Positions 17,730 through 28,269 of a stretch of 64,000 nt of DNA are shown in pieces. Position 1 is the stretch's first letter. Every line of letters begins with the position of its first letter. Origin of the DNA: a virus; the IMG/VR virus record IMGVR_UViG_3300031974_002457, positions 3,436 through 67,435 of that record; one strand, 5' to 3'. The notes beneath the pieces are model-generated. The model was not told where the DNA came from. It made no database searches and saw nothing but the letters and a program-made list of their open reading frames with translations. A program made the translations under genes and the position numbers.

Positions 17730-18901
17730 TATCTAAAGGTGTAATTTATACCAAAGTTTGTTCCATATATTTCGCTGTCCCAAAACTTGGTATACTCACC
17801 CTCTACAAATACACCCAAAGCTTTACTTACTTTCCAACCAAACATTAAACCTGCTTGATAGTCAGACCATTGTTCACCGTTAAGTAAATCATTATGACCT
17901 CCTTTGCCCCAACTATTTCTATGTAAATAGCTAAAGTCTTCATTACCTTTAACATATTTATGATAAGGTAATATCCAGCTACCGTAAGCATGTAGCCAAA
18001 AATTATTTTTATAGTGATAAAAATCAAAACCGACGATAGGCGCAACTTCAGCAAAAGGATCTAGTTCAGCCCAACGCTCTTGATTATATCTATTTAATAA
18101 ACCAGGCATTATATCATCTCTAAAGTCTCTATCAGTGTAAGCTACTATAACACCGTTTTCATCTCTCCAAAACCAATCATAATAATAATCACCTGTTACC
18201 CAGTCTATCATTTGATAGTATATATCTTCATAACCATATTCATGACCTAGTTCATACCAGTAGTTAACTATACCACCATTTTCATCTGTTTCATTTAACC
18301 ATATTTCTACAGGATTATATCCGTAAGGTCTTTGGTGTGTTCTATATATTGCGCCTGCAGATATACTAAATTTCTTGCCAATAGGTAACCTGGCTCTTAA
18401 TTCACCAGATGTATATTTAAAACCTACATTACCTGATTCTCTGTTTTCAAATTTAGCAATATGATAATTACCAGTGTGTCTAATAAATAATCTTTTATTG
18501 TTAAATTCGTCACCATTATGTCTTTGTTTTTCCCAATGTAATAAATACTCTAAACCTTGCACCGCTGCTGAAGGAGCTGATAATGCTACGTTGCTTTCTT
18601 TACCATTATAAAAGTTTTGACCTTTTATTTCATAATCAAATCTAGCTAGCTTTCTAATACCAAGACCATATCTATAATCAAATGGATGATATACGGTTTG
18701 ATCAACTACGTCTGGTATTGCATATAGGTTTTCTGGATCTGTACGTATGAAATATTTAGGCTGCTCTTCTTTAGCATTACCTATATTTCCTGCTGCATAG
18801 AACGTGCCGTACTTTAAAAAGTCTTTGTATAACTCTTGTAGGAATTGTCCTTGCGCATTGCTAGATATTAGCAACGCTAAGATTAATAATAGTTTTTTCA
18901 T
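17729..18901 (-). CDS. putative outer-membrane beta-barrel protein
   Basis: Sec signal MKKLLLILALLISSNAQG; aromatic alternating strands; C-terminal FGINYTFR. Confidence 0.6.
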   Translation of the reverse strand: MKKLLLILALLISSNAQGQFLQELYKDFLKYGTFYAAGNIGNAKEEQPKYFIRTDPENLYAIPDVVDQTVYHPFDYRYGLGIRKLARFDYEIKGQNFYNGKESNVALSAPSAAVQGLEYLLHWEKQRHNGDEFNNKRLFIRHTGNYHIAKFENRESGNVGFKYTSGELRARLPIGKKFSISAGAIYRTHQRPYGYNPVEIWLNETDENGGIVNYWYELGHEYGYEDIYYQMIDWVTGDYYYDWFWRDENGVIVAYTDRDFRDDIMPGLLNRYNQERWAELDPFAEVAPIVGFDFYHYKNNFWLHAYGSWILPYHKYVKGNEDFSYLHRNSWGKGGHNDLLNGEQWSDYQAGLMFGWKVSKALGVFVEGEYTKFWDSEIYGTNFGINYTFR

Positions 18902-18937
18902 AGTAAAGTCGGTTTATTCTTTTAGTATTACTTGTTT

Positions 18938-21900
18938 TTAGTTTTTCTTAACTCTTTGTACTCTTTTTCTACTCTTTTTTTGTTGTGTTGTTTTGCTTTC
19001 GTAAGGATCAATACCCACATCCCAAGTGTTCCAACCCAACGTCATTGCTATTCTTTGCCAAGCTTCATTTTCACTATCAGAAGCCTCTTTTATGTTATTT
19101 AATATCATAACAGCTCTATCTAAAGGTATATTTGCTGTTGCTGATAACACATTACCAATAGCTAATAAACCAGGGTTATCTAAACTAAACCCTGCATCTT
19201 TCATTTCGTCAGCATCAAACTTGTATGATTGTAAAGCATTATATAATTTTCTTGCTTTAGATCCAACTGGTGGTGATAGATTTAAACCCTCTATCATTAC
19301 GTATGTATAATCTGGGTTTCTACCTTTATTAGCTTCATATGAAAATCTCATTATCATATTCTTTATAGTAGAAACGATAGCGCCATAAACACCAGAACCT
19401 CTTAAAACGGTATCTGTCATGTTATTAACAACTCTAGTCTTTTTATTATCCCAATTAACTTCTTCTTCATCGTCAAATAATATACCAAACATAGCGTTTG
19501 ATAGTGTAGCAAATATTAAGTTTTGTATTGCTGCGTAATAAGCTATTTTAGAAACGTTTGTTTTCCAATCACCTCTTTTGTTTTTAAGATCAAGAAAAGC
19601 TTTCTTAGTTAATCTCATATACTGCATTGGTGTATTTTGAAAAGCTAATATTAATCTACCTAGTGGACTTGCTTGTTGTTGCGAGATCATATCAGGTCTA
19701 GCTGACTGCTGTGCTTTTTCAGAAGCCTCAGCAAAATCTTCAAAAGCTTTAGTTTCTGCTTGCTCTTGTGTTAAACCTTGTTTTAAGTATGTATTTAATC
19801 TATTTCTATAGAACGTAGCACCACCAGAAGCAATAGCAAAACTATCAGCCATTTGCGTAGGTATAAAACCTTTTTGTAATAAATATCTTAATATAGCGGC
19901 TGGCTTGTTATTAGATGTATTCATTGCTTGTGCTATTTCAGCTTCATTAACATCTGTTTGTAAACCTCTTCTTCTTTGCTTTAACATGTCTGAGTTAAAT
20001 ATCGTAGCAAAGTCTTTAGCATATTGCTTTGTGTTTAGTATAGCTTTACCAAACTTAACTGGATTATTATCTGACCAGTTAATAAAGTTAAATAAAGATA
20101 TTGTTTGTAAAGTCGCCGATCTAAAGTTAAAGAACATGATAGCACCAACAGAGTTGTTAACCCAATTTAAAAACGAGTTTGTAAGCTTATTGTTACCACT
20201 TTGTCTATTAGTACCGTTTTCCATACGGTATAATATATCTTCTAACGCGCTTCTAAAATCATCACCATATGTAGCTTGGATTTTATTTAAGTTATCTTTA
20301 CTGAATATTTCGTTTTTGTTTTCTATAAAGTCACCTAAATATTTTTTTCTACCAACTCTTTGAGTTATATCATTTATATCAGATACGATAGTACCTATAA
20401 CCCAGTTTTCACTTGGCTCAGGGAAGTTTTTCTTACCAGTAATATTATTTAATACCTCAGCATAGCTTTTTAAATCAGCATCAGCTGCTACTATTTCTGA
20501 TAATCTTTTTTGATCAGTCTTTGATATACCAGGTATTTTATAATTTAATTTATCCCATAAATAAACTCTAATAGCAGCATCATATGTAAAGTCGTTATAA
20601 GCTGTTTTTCTTGACAATAGTTTTTTAACTTGAGGATAAAACTTACCAAGCTCCCTATAGTTTTTAGCATAAGCTTCTTTAGCGCTGTTTATTTCCTGTA
20701 TACCTCTAGTAAAAGGTTTTATTAAGTTATCTTCAAAGAATTTTAATTGAGTTTCACCTTGTTTACCTTTACCTAAAAAGCTGTATATAAGACCAACAAA
20801 GTCTTCAGCTGAAGGTGGTAAAAAGAAAGTAAACTTATCAGCACCTCGACCTCTTGATTTTGCCGCAGCATCAGAAAATACTTTTTGTGCTTCAATACCT
20901 TTTGTTTGCTCCAATATATTATTAAATCCTTCACTTAAGCTAAACTGTATCTTAGCTTGTTGTACATCAGATTTAACATCTATTTGATTTAAAACATCTT
21001 GTACTGCTTTTACATTTTTATAAGCATCATCAGCGAAATAAAAATTATTATAACCTTCAGCTGCTTTGTCTATAATCCAGTCAGCTTTTGCTTGTGGTGT
21101 ACCATTTTCTAAGCCAGTTATATTTTCTATAGGTATTTCTAATCCTATACCTTTTAAAAAAGCGTGTATCGCGTAAGCTGCTTCTTGTGGTCTTGCTGTT
21201 AATACAAATATGTCTTTGCTAGTAAACTTATCTTGTCTTCTTAGTGCTAGTTCAAATAAAGGACCTTTCTTACCATCAATAACTTTATTGAACTCACTAA
21301 AATCAAATGTAGCGCCTATGGATTCAAAGCCTTCAGCATCTTTTGCAAATTCAGTTGCGTTTATTTTTGTTGTAGCTTCGCTAGTCAATTTAACCTTTCC
21401 ATCAGCCCATGTTTCATAACCATATTGTTTACCAGCTACTATATATGGTGGGTTGTTAACTATAACTTGACTGTTTGTTTGAGCTAAAGTGTCATCAAAG
21501 TCAAATACACTAATACCTTTTTCAGGTTTGTTTTTTAATCTACCTTGCTGTTTAGCTTCTAATATTTTACTGTTTTTATTAACCTCATTTATAGATAATT
21601 GTAACTGAGATGATATTTTTAAACCTTGGTTGTTTATATTAAAGTCTTCTAAAAATGATTTACCTGTTTCTGCATTTATTAAGTTTTCTGTACCTACAAA
21701 TCCTAACGCAGCCATTGTTTCATTAAAATATCTTTCAAACCAGTTGTTATCAAACACGTTCCATTCACCCGTAAGATCCATATTGTTTTTTAAATCACTT
21801 TGATCTAGCTTTTTATTATCAGCGTAGCTTATACCAATAAGTTTATAGTTATTTTTTAAAGCAGCTAATGTAGACTGAAAGTTTTGATTAGAATCCATTA

Positions 21901-24900
21901 TAGAATCTATTAACGTAACGTAAGCGTTTACATTTTGTAGAGCATGCTCTAAATAAACTTTACCAGTATTAGTTTGATCATAGTATGTAAACTCAGCGCC
22001 ACCTCTATGCATGTGTGTTTTAGAGTTTACAGCGTTTTCTAAAAACTGTAAAACAACACCAAGAGCTTCTGGATTTTTAGTTAATATTTCATTTATGTTA
22101 TTCCAAAAGGCGTCAAAGTTTATACCAGCCTGTTTATTATATTCAGGTATTTTTGATTTATTTTTTTGTATATCTTTTACTGTTTTACCAACGTATGTAG
22201 CAAAATCTCTTTTAGGATAATTACCTCTTACAAATTTTATATTATTTAACTTCTCTCTCAAATATATTTTTACTGGTTTATAATTTCTTAAATTAAGACC
22301 GTTTACAAATTCACCAGCTGTTAATAAACCTGGGTGGTTTTTTGCAAATACAGGATATATATAATTTAAAACACCACTTACATAAGCGTCTACAGCCATA
22401 AATCCATCATCTATACTTTTTCTTGAGTTTCCAGTTACATCAGGATATGTATTAAGTAAATCATATTTACTAGCTAAGTCTATACTTGTTTTACTAAATT
22501 GTATTTCTTGAGTACCAGCTGCTACATCTTGAATAATGTTAGCAGATGCTCCTTGCTCTTTTAGTTTTTGCCTAACTATGGTGTTTGTTATTAATTTGTC
22601 ACCTAAATTTAATAAAGCTTTTTGTACTTGTGCTTCGGCTGATCTAGGTGATAGACCTTCAACTGGATTACCATTTTTATCTATACCAGCTTTTTCTAAA
22701 AATTGAGTATCATTTAATTTATCTAAAGCATGTGGGTATAAGTTATCTGCTCTATCTTGTTTAGTGTAATAAGCGTTTAATAAAGATTTTTGAACACCAG
22801 TTGATGTGCCTATTAATTTATCCGATGCAGCCTCTAGAACAGCACCTTTTGGCATAAGTTTTCTAAATAATGTTTTAGATTCAAATATAAACTTAGATGC
22901 TTTTATTAAATCAGCTTTACTAAAGTTGTTAGCTGGTTTTAATTTACTAACTGGTATACCAACAGCTTCAGCTATAATAGCTTCGCCCTGTCCTTTTACG
23001 TTTTTAAAACTTACATTATCAGTATCTATATTATCCAAAGTAACAGTTTCGTTATAAGCTTTTTTAAACTTAGGTTTAACTATATCTCTAGGATCTATCT
23101 TTGTAACTGGTTTGGTCTTTTTTGTTTCTACAGGTTGATCTGCTATTTGTTGAGTTGTATCATCTATACTTGTTGTAAACTGACTACCTTCGTCTTTACC
23201 TAAAATTCTATCAGCAATTTCAACATATCTTTTAAAACCTGTTTTTGTAGAAAAAGCATTATTTAAATAACCGGATAATGGTGCAGGTTCTTTACCTTGT
23301 AATTGTTGTTTCTTAACATACTCAGGATAACTTCTTATAACATCTAACATACCTCTTTCACCTGTTTGTATTTCGTCTACAAGTATATCTGCAAACTCAG
23401 AATAATTAGGTCTTTGTTCATATCTACGAGCTATACCTTGAGCTGTAGGCCTTAATACATTTAACATTTCAAAAGCACTAAGATCTGTTATACCTTGCTC
23501 TCTATATATGTCATTTACTAACTGTGAATCTACAGCATTTAAAGAAAATTGTGCTTCTGAAAGCGTAGCCTGTTCAGCTGTTATTGGTCCTATTTCATCT
23601 AACAAAGCTTGAGATATTTGACCTTCTTTAACACTATCTGTGTACTCTTGCATAAACTTTAACACGTCTTCTGCTTTATTAAAATCTATGTTTTTATAAC
23701 CAAACTTTCTAAGTATGTTTATAATAAATTGTTTTACGTTACCTACAAATCCTTTATCTTTAAATAAACTTTTTACTTGCATAGCGGCTGCAGATGTATC
23801 ACTTGGGTTTAGCATGTCTGACATGACTGTAAGATATTCTTGATGCTGTTTGCCTCTTTTATAACCCCTATCCTGCATCCTTTTTATAATAGCTGCATTG
23901 ATATTATCTGGTAATATTCTTTGCATATCATTCATTAAAGCCTTTTGGTTTTTGACTTTAGAATTAAGGATGCCGTGTAGCAATTCATGCGCACCAACGT
24001 TTAGCTGTAAAGTATTAGCTGCGGCCTCTTTATTTATATATATTACGCCATCTTGAATAAAGCCACCTACACGATTTAATTGAGATTTTTGTTTATTTGT
24101 TAATTTTATTTTATTGTCTTTTATTGCTTTATTAAAGCCTTTTGTAGTGTTTTCTATTACAGTTTTTAAACCAAGTTTTTTAGCACCTGTTTCAGCAAAT
24201 CTAGCGGTTTCCTCTGTTTTTCTTTTTGCAATAGCATCTGCAACTCTTGATCTATCTGCTTCATTTTGTAAAGTAGCTTTTGACTTTCTACCTTTCCTTG
24301 AGTACTTAGAATTTATGTCTTTTATTTGACTTTGTATATCAGCTAATTGAGCTTTAGCAAAAGATGAATCCTTACCTATAAATTTTAAAGCTCTTCTTTC
24401 TAATTCAAATAAAGCATCTCTATCTGTTTTATTTGTAATTCTTGGATCTATATTTGATTTTAATTGCGTTTCTTGTTGTATCTTACTTACGTATTGCGCT
24501 AGCTCATTGTCATTTTTAATAACAATATCCATAGCTGTTATCTCCTCGTTTGTAGCTGTATCAATAATATCTTGCATTTGTTGAGGCGTAACATCTTTAC
24601 CATCGATAGAATATTTAGTGCCTTTTCTAACGTTTGATAATAAACTCACAGCTCCAGTAACAGGAGCACCACCTAGTCCTATAACGCCTTCGTTAATTAT
24701 TTCACCAGCATCTAGTTCTTTACCTTGTATTGTTAAACCAACAGCTTCACCAGTCATACCACCAACAACTTCTGACGCGCCAACTACACCACTTGCTTTT
24801 ATAGTACTAGCTTTTGGTATAAACCTTGAGCTTCTAACTACAGCTGTTTTTGCAGAGCTTGATATTATTTTTGAAGCGCCAGCACCTCCAGCAAGAGTAA

Positions 24901-25942
24901 ATACAGATTCAATAACACCTATACCTATACCTCTTGCGGCAGCTTGGTTACGTGCTTTATCATAAAAATCTTCATCTTGAAATAATACTCTTAAATTCTG
25001 TACATTTCTTGCTAAACCTCTTTCTGCTAGCTCTTCATCTAACGACTGTTTAAAACTCATTAAAGCATCGTTATAAGCATTAATACCTCCCCAAATACCA
25101 GCAACTCCACCAACAGTAGCCCCTTTTGGTCCACCAACTAAAAAACCACCTGCAGCACCACCAGCTCCAGCACCAAGACCAGCTTTAACACTTTCAAGGT
25201 TAATCATACCTCCCATACTAGCTAAAAATTGTTCTGTCATGAAAGAAGCACCACCAGTAGCTGACGTTGCTCTCATCCAAGCAACAACACCATTTGTGCC
25301 TTTTTGTTTTTCTTCTTCATATACTTTTTGCCAAAGCTTAGTTGCTCTACTAGGCCCACCATTTTCTTCTAGTTCTTCTGCTGCAGCTATAAATTTAGCT
25401 ATATCTTCATCTGTCACACCTTCAGGATTAAACTTCATAACATTAGCTATATCATCAGCTGAAAAAGCTCTATATTTACCCTGATAGTATCCACCCACAA
25501 CAGCATCAACAAAACCATCCCAAGAACTAGCATAGTCACTTTCTATAGTGTTATTAGTATAAGATCCATCAGCTGCATAATCACCATAATACTCAGGTGC
25601 TTCTGTAAAGAACTGCTCATTAAAAGCATCATAGCCTTTAGTGTATATTCTTTGCTCTTCTAAATAATTATGTAATTTTTGTCTACTTCCTTCGTCGTGA
25701 AATTGTTCTGTGAATTTATCAAACGGTTTAGTGTATATACCGTTTTCAACTAAATGTTTGTATAGTTTAGGTAGGCTTTTTTTAGTTTTTTCAAGATGTA
25801 ATCTTCTTTCTTGTTCTGCTATCCTTTCTTGTTCTTCAAGATACTTATCGTAATCGTCTTGTGCTTCTTGATGTTTATCAGTAATGTTGTAGCTAGCGCC
25901 AGCAATGTTATACTGGCTAGTCATAAACTTAGCATCACTCAT
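18938..25942 (-). CDS. giant (2334 aa) putative internal virion/ejection protein with zincin and HAD-like domains
   Basis: Follows the tail genes; Gly/Ala-rich hydrophobic segment; HELLH; DFDDT...LTARP...FADD. Confidence 0.65.
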   Translation of the reverse strand: MSDAKFMTSQYNIAGASYNITDKHQEAQDDYDKYLEEQERIAEQERRLHLEKTKKSLPKLYKHLVENGIYTKPFDKFTEQFHDEGSRQKLHNYLEEQRIYTKGYDAFNEQFFTEAPEYYGDYAADGSYTNNTIESDYASSWDGFVDAVVGGYYQGKYRAFSADDIANVMKFNPEGVTDEDIAKFIAAAEELEENGGPSRATKLWQKVYEEEKQKGTNGVVAWMRATSATGGASFMTEQFLASMGGMINLESVKAGLGAGAGGAAGGFLVGGPKGATVGGVAGIWGGINAYNDALMSFKQSLDEELAERGLARNVQNLRVLFQDEDFYDKARNQAAARGIGIGVIESVFTLAGGAGASKIISSSAKTAVVRSSRFIPKASTIKASGVVGASEVVGGMTGEAVGLTIQGKELDAGEIINEGVIGLGGAPVTGAVSLLSNVRKGTKYSIDGKDVTPQQMQDIIDTATNEEITAMDIVIKNDNELAQYVSKIQQETQLKSNIDPRITNKTDRDALFELERRALKFIGKDSSFAKAQLADIQSQIKDINSKYSRKGRKSKATLQNEADRSRVADAIAKRKTEETARFAETGAKKLGLKTVIENTTKGFNKAIKDNKIKLTNKQKSQLNRVGGFIQDGVIYINKEAAANTLQLNVGAHELLHGILNSKVKNQKALMNDMQRILPDNINAAIIKRMQDRGYKRGKQHQEYLTVMSDMLNPSDTSAAAMQVKSLFKDKGFVGNVKQFIINILRKFGYKNIDFNKAEDVLKFMQEYTDSVKEGQISQALLDEIGPITAEQATLSEAQFSLNAVDSQLVNDIYREQGITDLSAFEMLNVLRPTAQGIARRYEQRPNYSEFADILVDEIQTGERGMLDVIRSYPEYVKKQQLQGKEPAPLSGYLNNAFSTKTGFKRYVEIADRILGKDEGSQFTTSIDDTTQQIADQPVETKKTKPVTKIDPRDIVKPKFKKAYNETVTLDNIDTDNVSFKNVKGQGEAIIAEAVGIPVSKLKPANNFSKADLIKASKFIFESKTLFRKLMPKGAVLEAASDKLIGTSTGVQKSLLNAYYTKQDRADNLYPHALDKLNDTQFLEKAGIDKNGNPVEGLSPRSAEAQVQKALLNLGDKLITNTIVRQKLKEQGASANIIQDVAAGTQEIQFSKTSIDLASKYDLLNTYPDVTGNSRKSIDDGFMAVDAYVSGVLNYIYPVFAKNHPGLLTAGEFVNGLNLRNYKPVKIYLREKLNNIKFVRGNYPKRDFATYVGKTVKDIQKNKSKIPEYNKQAGINFDAFWNNINEILTKNPEALGVVLQFLENAVNSKTHMHRGGAEFTYYDQTNTGKVYLEHALQNVNAYVTLIDSIMDSNQNFQSTLAALKNNYKLIGISYADNKKLDQSDLKNNMDLTGEWNVFDNNWFERYFNETMAALGFVGTENLINAETGKSFLEDFNINNQGLKISSQLQLSINEVNKNSKILEAKQQGRLKNKPEKGISVFDFDDTLAQTNSQVIVNNPPYIVAGKQYGYETWADGKVKLTSEATTKINATEFAKDAEGFESIGATFDFSEFNKVIDGKKGPLFELALRRQDKFTSKDIFVLTARPQEAAYAIHAFLKGIGLEIPIENITGLENGTPQAKADWIIDKAAEGYNNFYFADDAYKNVKAVQDVLNQIDVKSDVQQAKIQFSLSEGFNNILEQTKGIEAQKVFSDAAAKSRGRGADKFTFFLPPSAEDFVGLIYSFLGKGKQGETQLKFFEDNLIKPFTRGIQEINSAKEAYAKNYRELGKFYPQVKKLLSRKTAYNDFTYDAAIRVYLWDKLNYKIPGISKTDQKRLSEIVAADADLKSYAEVLNNITGKKNFPEPSENWVIGTIVSDINDITQRVGRKKYLGDFIENKNEIFSKDNLNKIQATYGDDFRSALEDILYRMENGTNRQSGNNKLTNSFLNWVNNSVGAIMFFNFRSATLQTISLFNFINWSDNNPVKFGKAILNTKQYAKDFATIFNSDMLKQRRRGLQTDVNEAEIAQAMNTSNNKPAAILRYLLQKGFIPTQMADSFAIASGGATFYRNRLNTYLKQGLTQEQAETKAFEDFAEASEKAQQSARPDMISQQQASPLGRLILAFQNTPMQYMRLTKKAFLDLKNKRGDWKTNVSKIAYYAAIQNLIFATLSNAMFGILFDDEEEVNWDNKKTRVVNNMTDTVLRGSGVYGAIVSTIKNMIMRFSYEANKGRNPDYTYVMIEGLNLSPPVGSKARKLYNALQSYKFDADEMKDAGFSLDNPGLLAIGNVLSATANIPLDRAVMILNNIKEASDSENEAWQRIAMTLGWNTWDVGIDPYESKTTQQKKSRKRVQRVKKN

Positions 25943-25953
25943 ATTTTTTTTGT

Positions 25954-27222
25954 TTAAAAGTTATCAGCAGCACCAACGTTTGAATTAGTTTGCTCGTTTG
26001 TTTCTTCTGTATTCTCTTCTTGTGTAAGCTGTGGCCAATATATAGGATCAATTTTAGCATATCTTAAAATATCAAGAAAAGATTTTGGATCGCCAAGATC
26101 TATAATTTTACCGTCTATATAGAATACACCATCGTCTTCCTGTATTTCGATGTTTGTAGGTAAATAAAGCTCTATGTCATTTATATTTTTATTATTAAAC
26201 GCATCAATAAGTTTATTTACTTTGTTTTGATTTTTAATATCTGTAGCTGTAGGTTTGTTTGTTCTACTAGTTGTTCTTGTGTTTGTTGATTTAGGCCTTT
26301 TACTAACACCAGTTTGTGATTGTTTAATTAACACTTTCATAAAATTATCTACAGTAGCATCTCTAAGTTGATCAAAACCTATAGATCCGTTTCTAAAACC
26401 TTCTATCATTTTCTGCATTATAGGATCTTCAGCCATAACTATATCACCAACTAATCCGTCATATAACATAGACATAATAGTATTTTTACCTCCTTGATCT
26501 ATTAATCTTTTTAAAGTATTTTGATATTGATGGTACATTATACTATCAGGAGTTAAAGTAACACCACTTTTATAACCATTTTGATAAACTTGACTACCCA
26601 TGGTCATCATTTTTTCTGCGGTTTCATAGTCTTTAATACCATAATCAGGTAAATCGTTTAAAGATATTTTACCATCTTCACCTATAAAAAATAAATTACC
26701 AGTGTCGTCTATTTCTAACTCATATTCTTCGTTAAATATACCTCTAAGTAAATTTACACTTTCTTGATTTTCGCCATATAATGATATTGTTTGACCCTCT
26801 ATATCATCTATAATTTCTTTTTTGTTTTGGCCATAAAGCTTAAATTGTTTATCTAGATTTTCAAAAGCAGATTTTACATTATTCATTTTGCTTACAGTTT
26901 GCATATAATCGTCTGATCCAACAACTAACTCATCAAGTATATTAGCAGCTCTAACGTATTCATTTTTTTGTTTAGATAAATAATTAGATAATGTATTTCT
27001 GTATTTATCTGGTATTTGTGACAAATCAATATCAGCAGGTAATTGCTTTAAATAATTTCTTAGCTTCTGCTCATATAAATTTTTAACAGACTTAGTTTTA
27101 TTTTTAGAAGCAATACCATTAGCATATGCCTCTTGATAACCAGCATCAAAAGCGTTTGTTGCGTTTACAAATCTACGTGTTCCATATATCGCGCTGTAAT
27201 CTACATTTGTATATCTAGCCAT
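25954..27222 (-). CDS. putative internal virion/ejection protein
   Basis: Helical composition; lies between two ejection-like genes; ATG 27222. Confidence 0.5.
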   Translation of the reverse strand: MARYTNVDYSAIYGTRRFVNATNAFDAGYQEAYANGIASKNKTKSVKNLYEQKLRNYLKQLPADIDLSQIPDKYRNTLSNYLSKQKNEYVRAANILDELVVGSDDYMQTVSKMNNVKSAFENLDKQFKLYGQNKKEIIDDIEGQTISLYGENQESVNLLRGIFNEEYELEIDDTGNLFFIGEDGKISLNDLPDYGIKDYETAEKMMTMGSQVYQNGYKSGVTLTPDSIMYHQYQNTLKRLIDQGGKNTIMSMLYDGLVGDIVMAEDPIMQKMIEGFRNGSIGFDQLRDATVDNFMKVLIKQSQTGVSKRPKSTNTRTTSRTNKPTATDIKNQNKVNKLIDAFNNKNINDIELYLPTNIEIQEDDGVFYIDGKIIDLGDPKSFLDILRYAKIDPIYWPQLTQEENTEETNEQTNSNVGAADNF

Positions 27223-27232
27223 AATTTTTATT

Positions 27233-27862
27233 TTATAAAGGAGTAGTACCTCCAAGAAGTGAACCAGCCATATCGCCTACACCTGATATAGCCATATTAT
27301 CATGCATAGCTTTTTCAGCTTGTGCTTTTTGAAGATCTTGACCTGTTAAATTCATCATACTTTCTATTTTAGAAAACTCAGCTTGTCTTTGCATTATATC
27401 ACCTTGTATTTTTGAATCTTGTATTCTACCAGCTTCACCCATAGCAAGTCTTTGATTAGCTTGTTCTTGCTGACCAATACTAGCAGCCGCTTGTTGAGCG
27501 TTTTGTGATTGTTGCTGTGACATAGCTTGAGCTAAAGCAGCAATACCAGAACCACCAGCCGCAGCACCAAATTGATCCATCATATTAGCTTGTGACTGCA
27601 TTTGCTGTTGTTTTATCATATCAGCTTGCTGTGTATTAACTGTAGCATCCTCATATACGTTTTCCATAGTAGCATATGGATTAGAGGTGTCCATGTTTTC
27701 AAATCTTTGTTTTTGCATATCATATGCGCCTTGAGCTCTAGCTAAAGCTCTTTTTCTTTTACCTCCACCTATTAAACCTATCGCAGCTTTTGCAAGCCCA
27801 GGGGCTACTGCCGCGGCTATAGGCGCCAATTTTAAGGGTGATTCTCCTTGATATTTTTTCAT
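27233..27862 (-). CDS. putative small ejection (pilot) protein
   Basis: Ala/Gly hydrophobic ends, Gln-rich coil, N-terminal ESPLK. Confidence 0.55.
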   Translation of the reverse strand: MKKYQGESPLKLAPIAAAVAPGLAKAAIGLIGGGKRKRALARAQGAYDMQKQRFENMDTSNPYATMENVYEDATVNTQQADMIKQQQMQSQANMMDQFGAAAGGSGIAALAQAMSQQQSQNAQQAAASIGQQEQANQRLAMGEAGRIQDSKIQGDIMQRQAEFSKIESMMNLTGQDLQKAQAEKAMHDNMAISGVGDMAGSLLGGTTPL

Positions 27863-27890
27863 TATAAGTTATTTATATTATTATTACACA

Positions 27891-28259
27891 TTATTTGCTA
27901 GATTCAAATATTTCTGAACCAGCGCTATATAATTCTGCTTTATCTGTAGAGTTATTAGTAAACTCAACCTCGGCATAATAACCGAGTAAACTAGCCATAT
28001 TGGCTCTATTATCTTTACTAAACAAAAAGAAGCTAGTACCTGTTGGTAAAGCTGTACTGTTTTGTATATCAGCAACTATTGTATTAGTTGCGTAGTTTAC
28101 AGTTGTTATTTCTCCAACCTCTATTATACCATCATTGTTAAACGGTATTACGTCACCACCTTGTAATGTATCGTTAGTTGGATTAACATAATGTAATGTA
28201 TCTCCTAATTGTACTGATTCGTTTAAATCGAAACTAAATGTTACTGTTATATTTGGCAT
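27891..28259 (-). CDS. tail-associated structural protein
   Basis: Position in the tail block; beta-rich composition. Confidence 0.5.
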   Translation of the reverse strand: MPNITVTFSFDLNESVQLGDTLHYVNPTNDTLQGGDVIPFNNDGIIEVGEITTVNYATNTIVADIQNSTALPTGTSFFLFSKDNRANMASLLGYYAEVEFTNNSTDKAELYSAGSEIFESSK

Positions 28260-28269
28260 CTTATATATT

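Noticed and set aside
21484-21517. DFDD in the giant protein as a virion RNA polymerase DxDxD site
   Set aside because: The motif is DFDDT, followed by LTAR and DD, which fits HAD motifs I, II and IV
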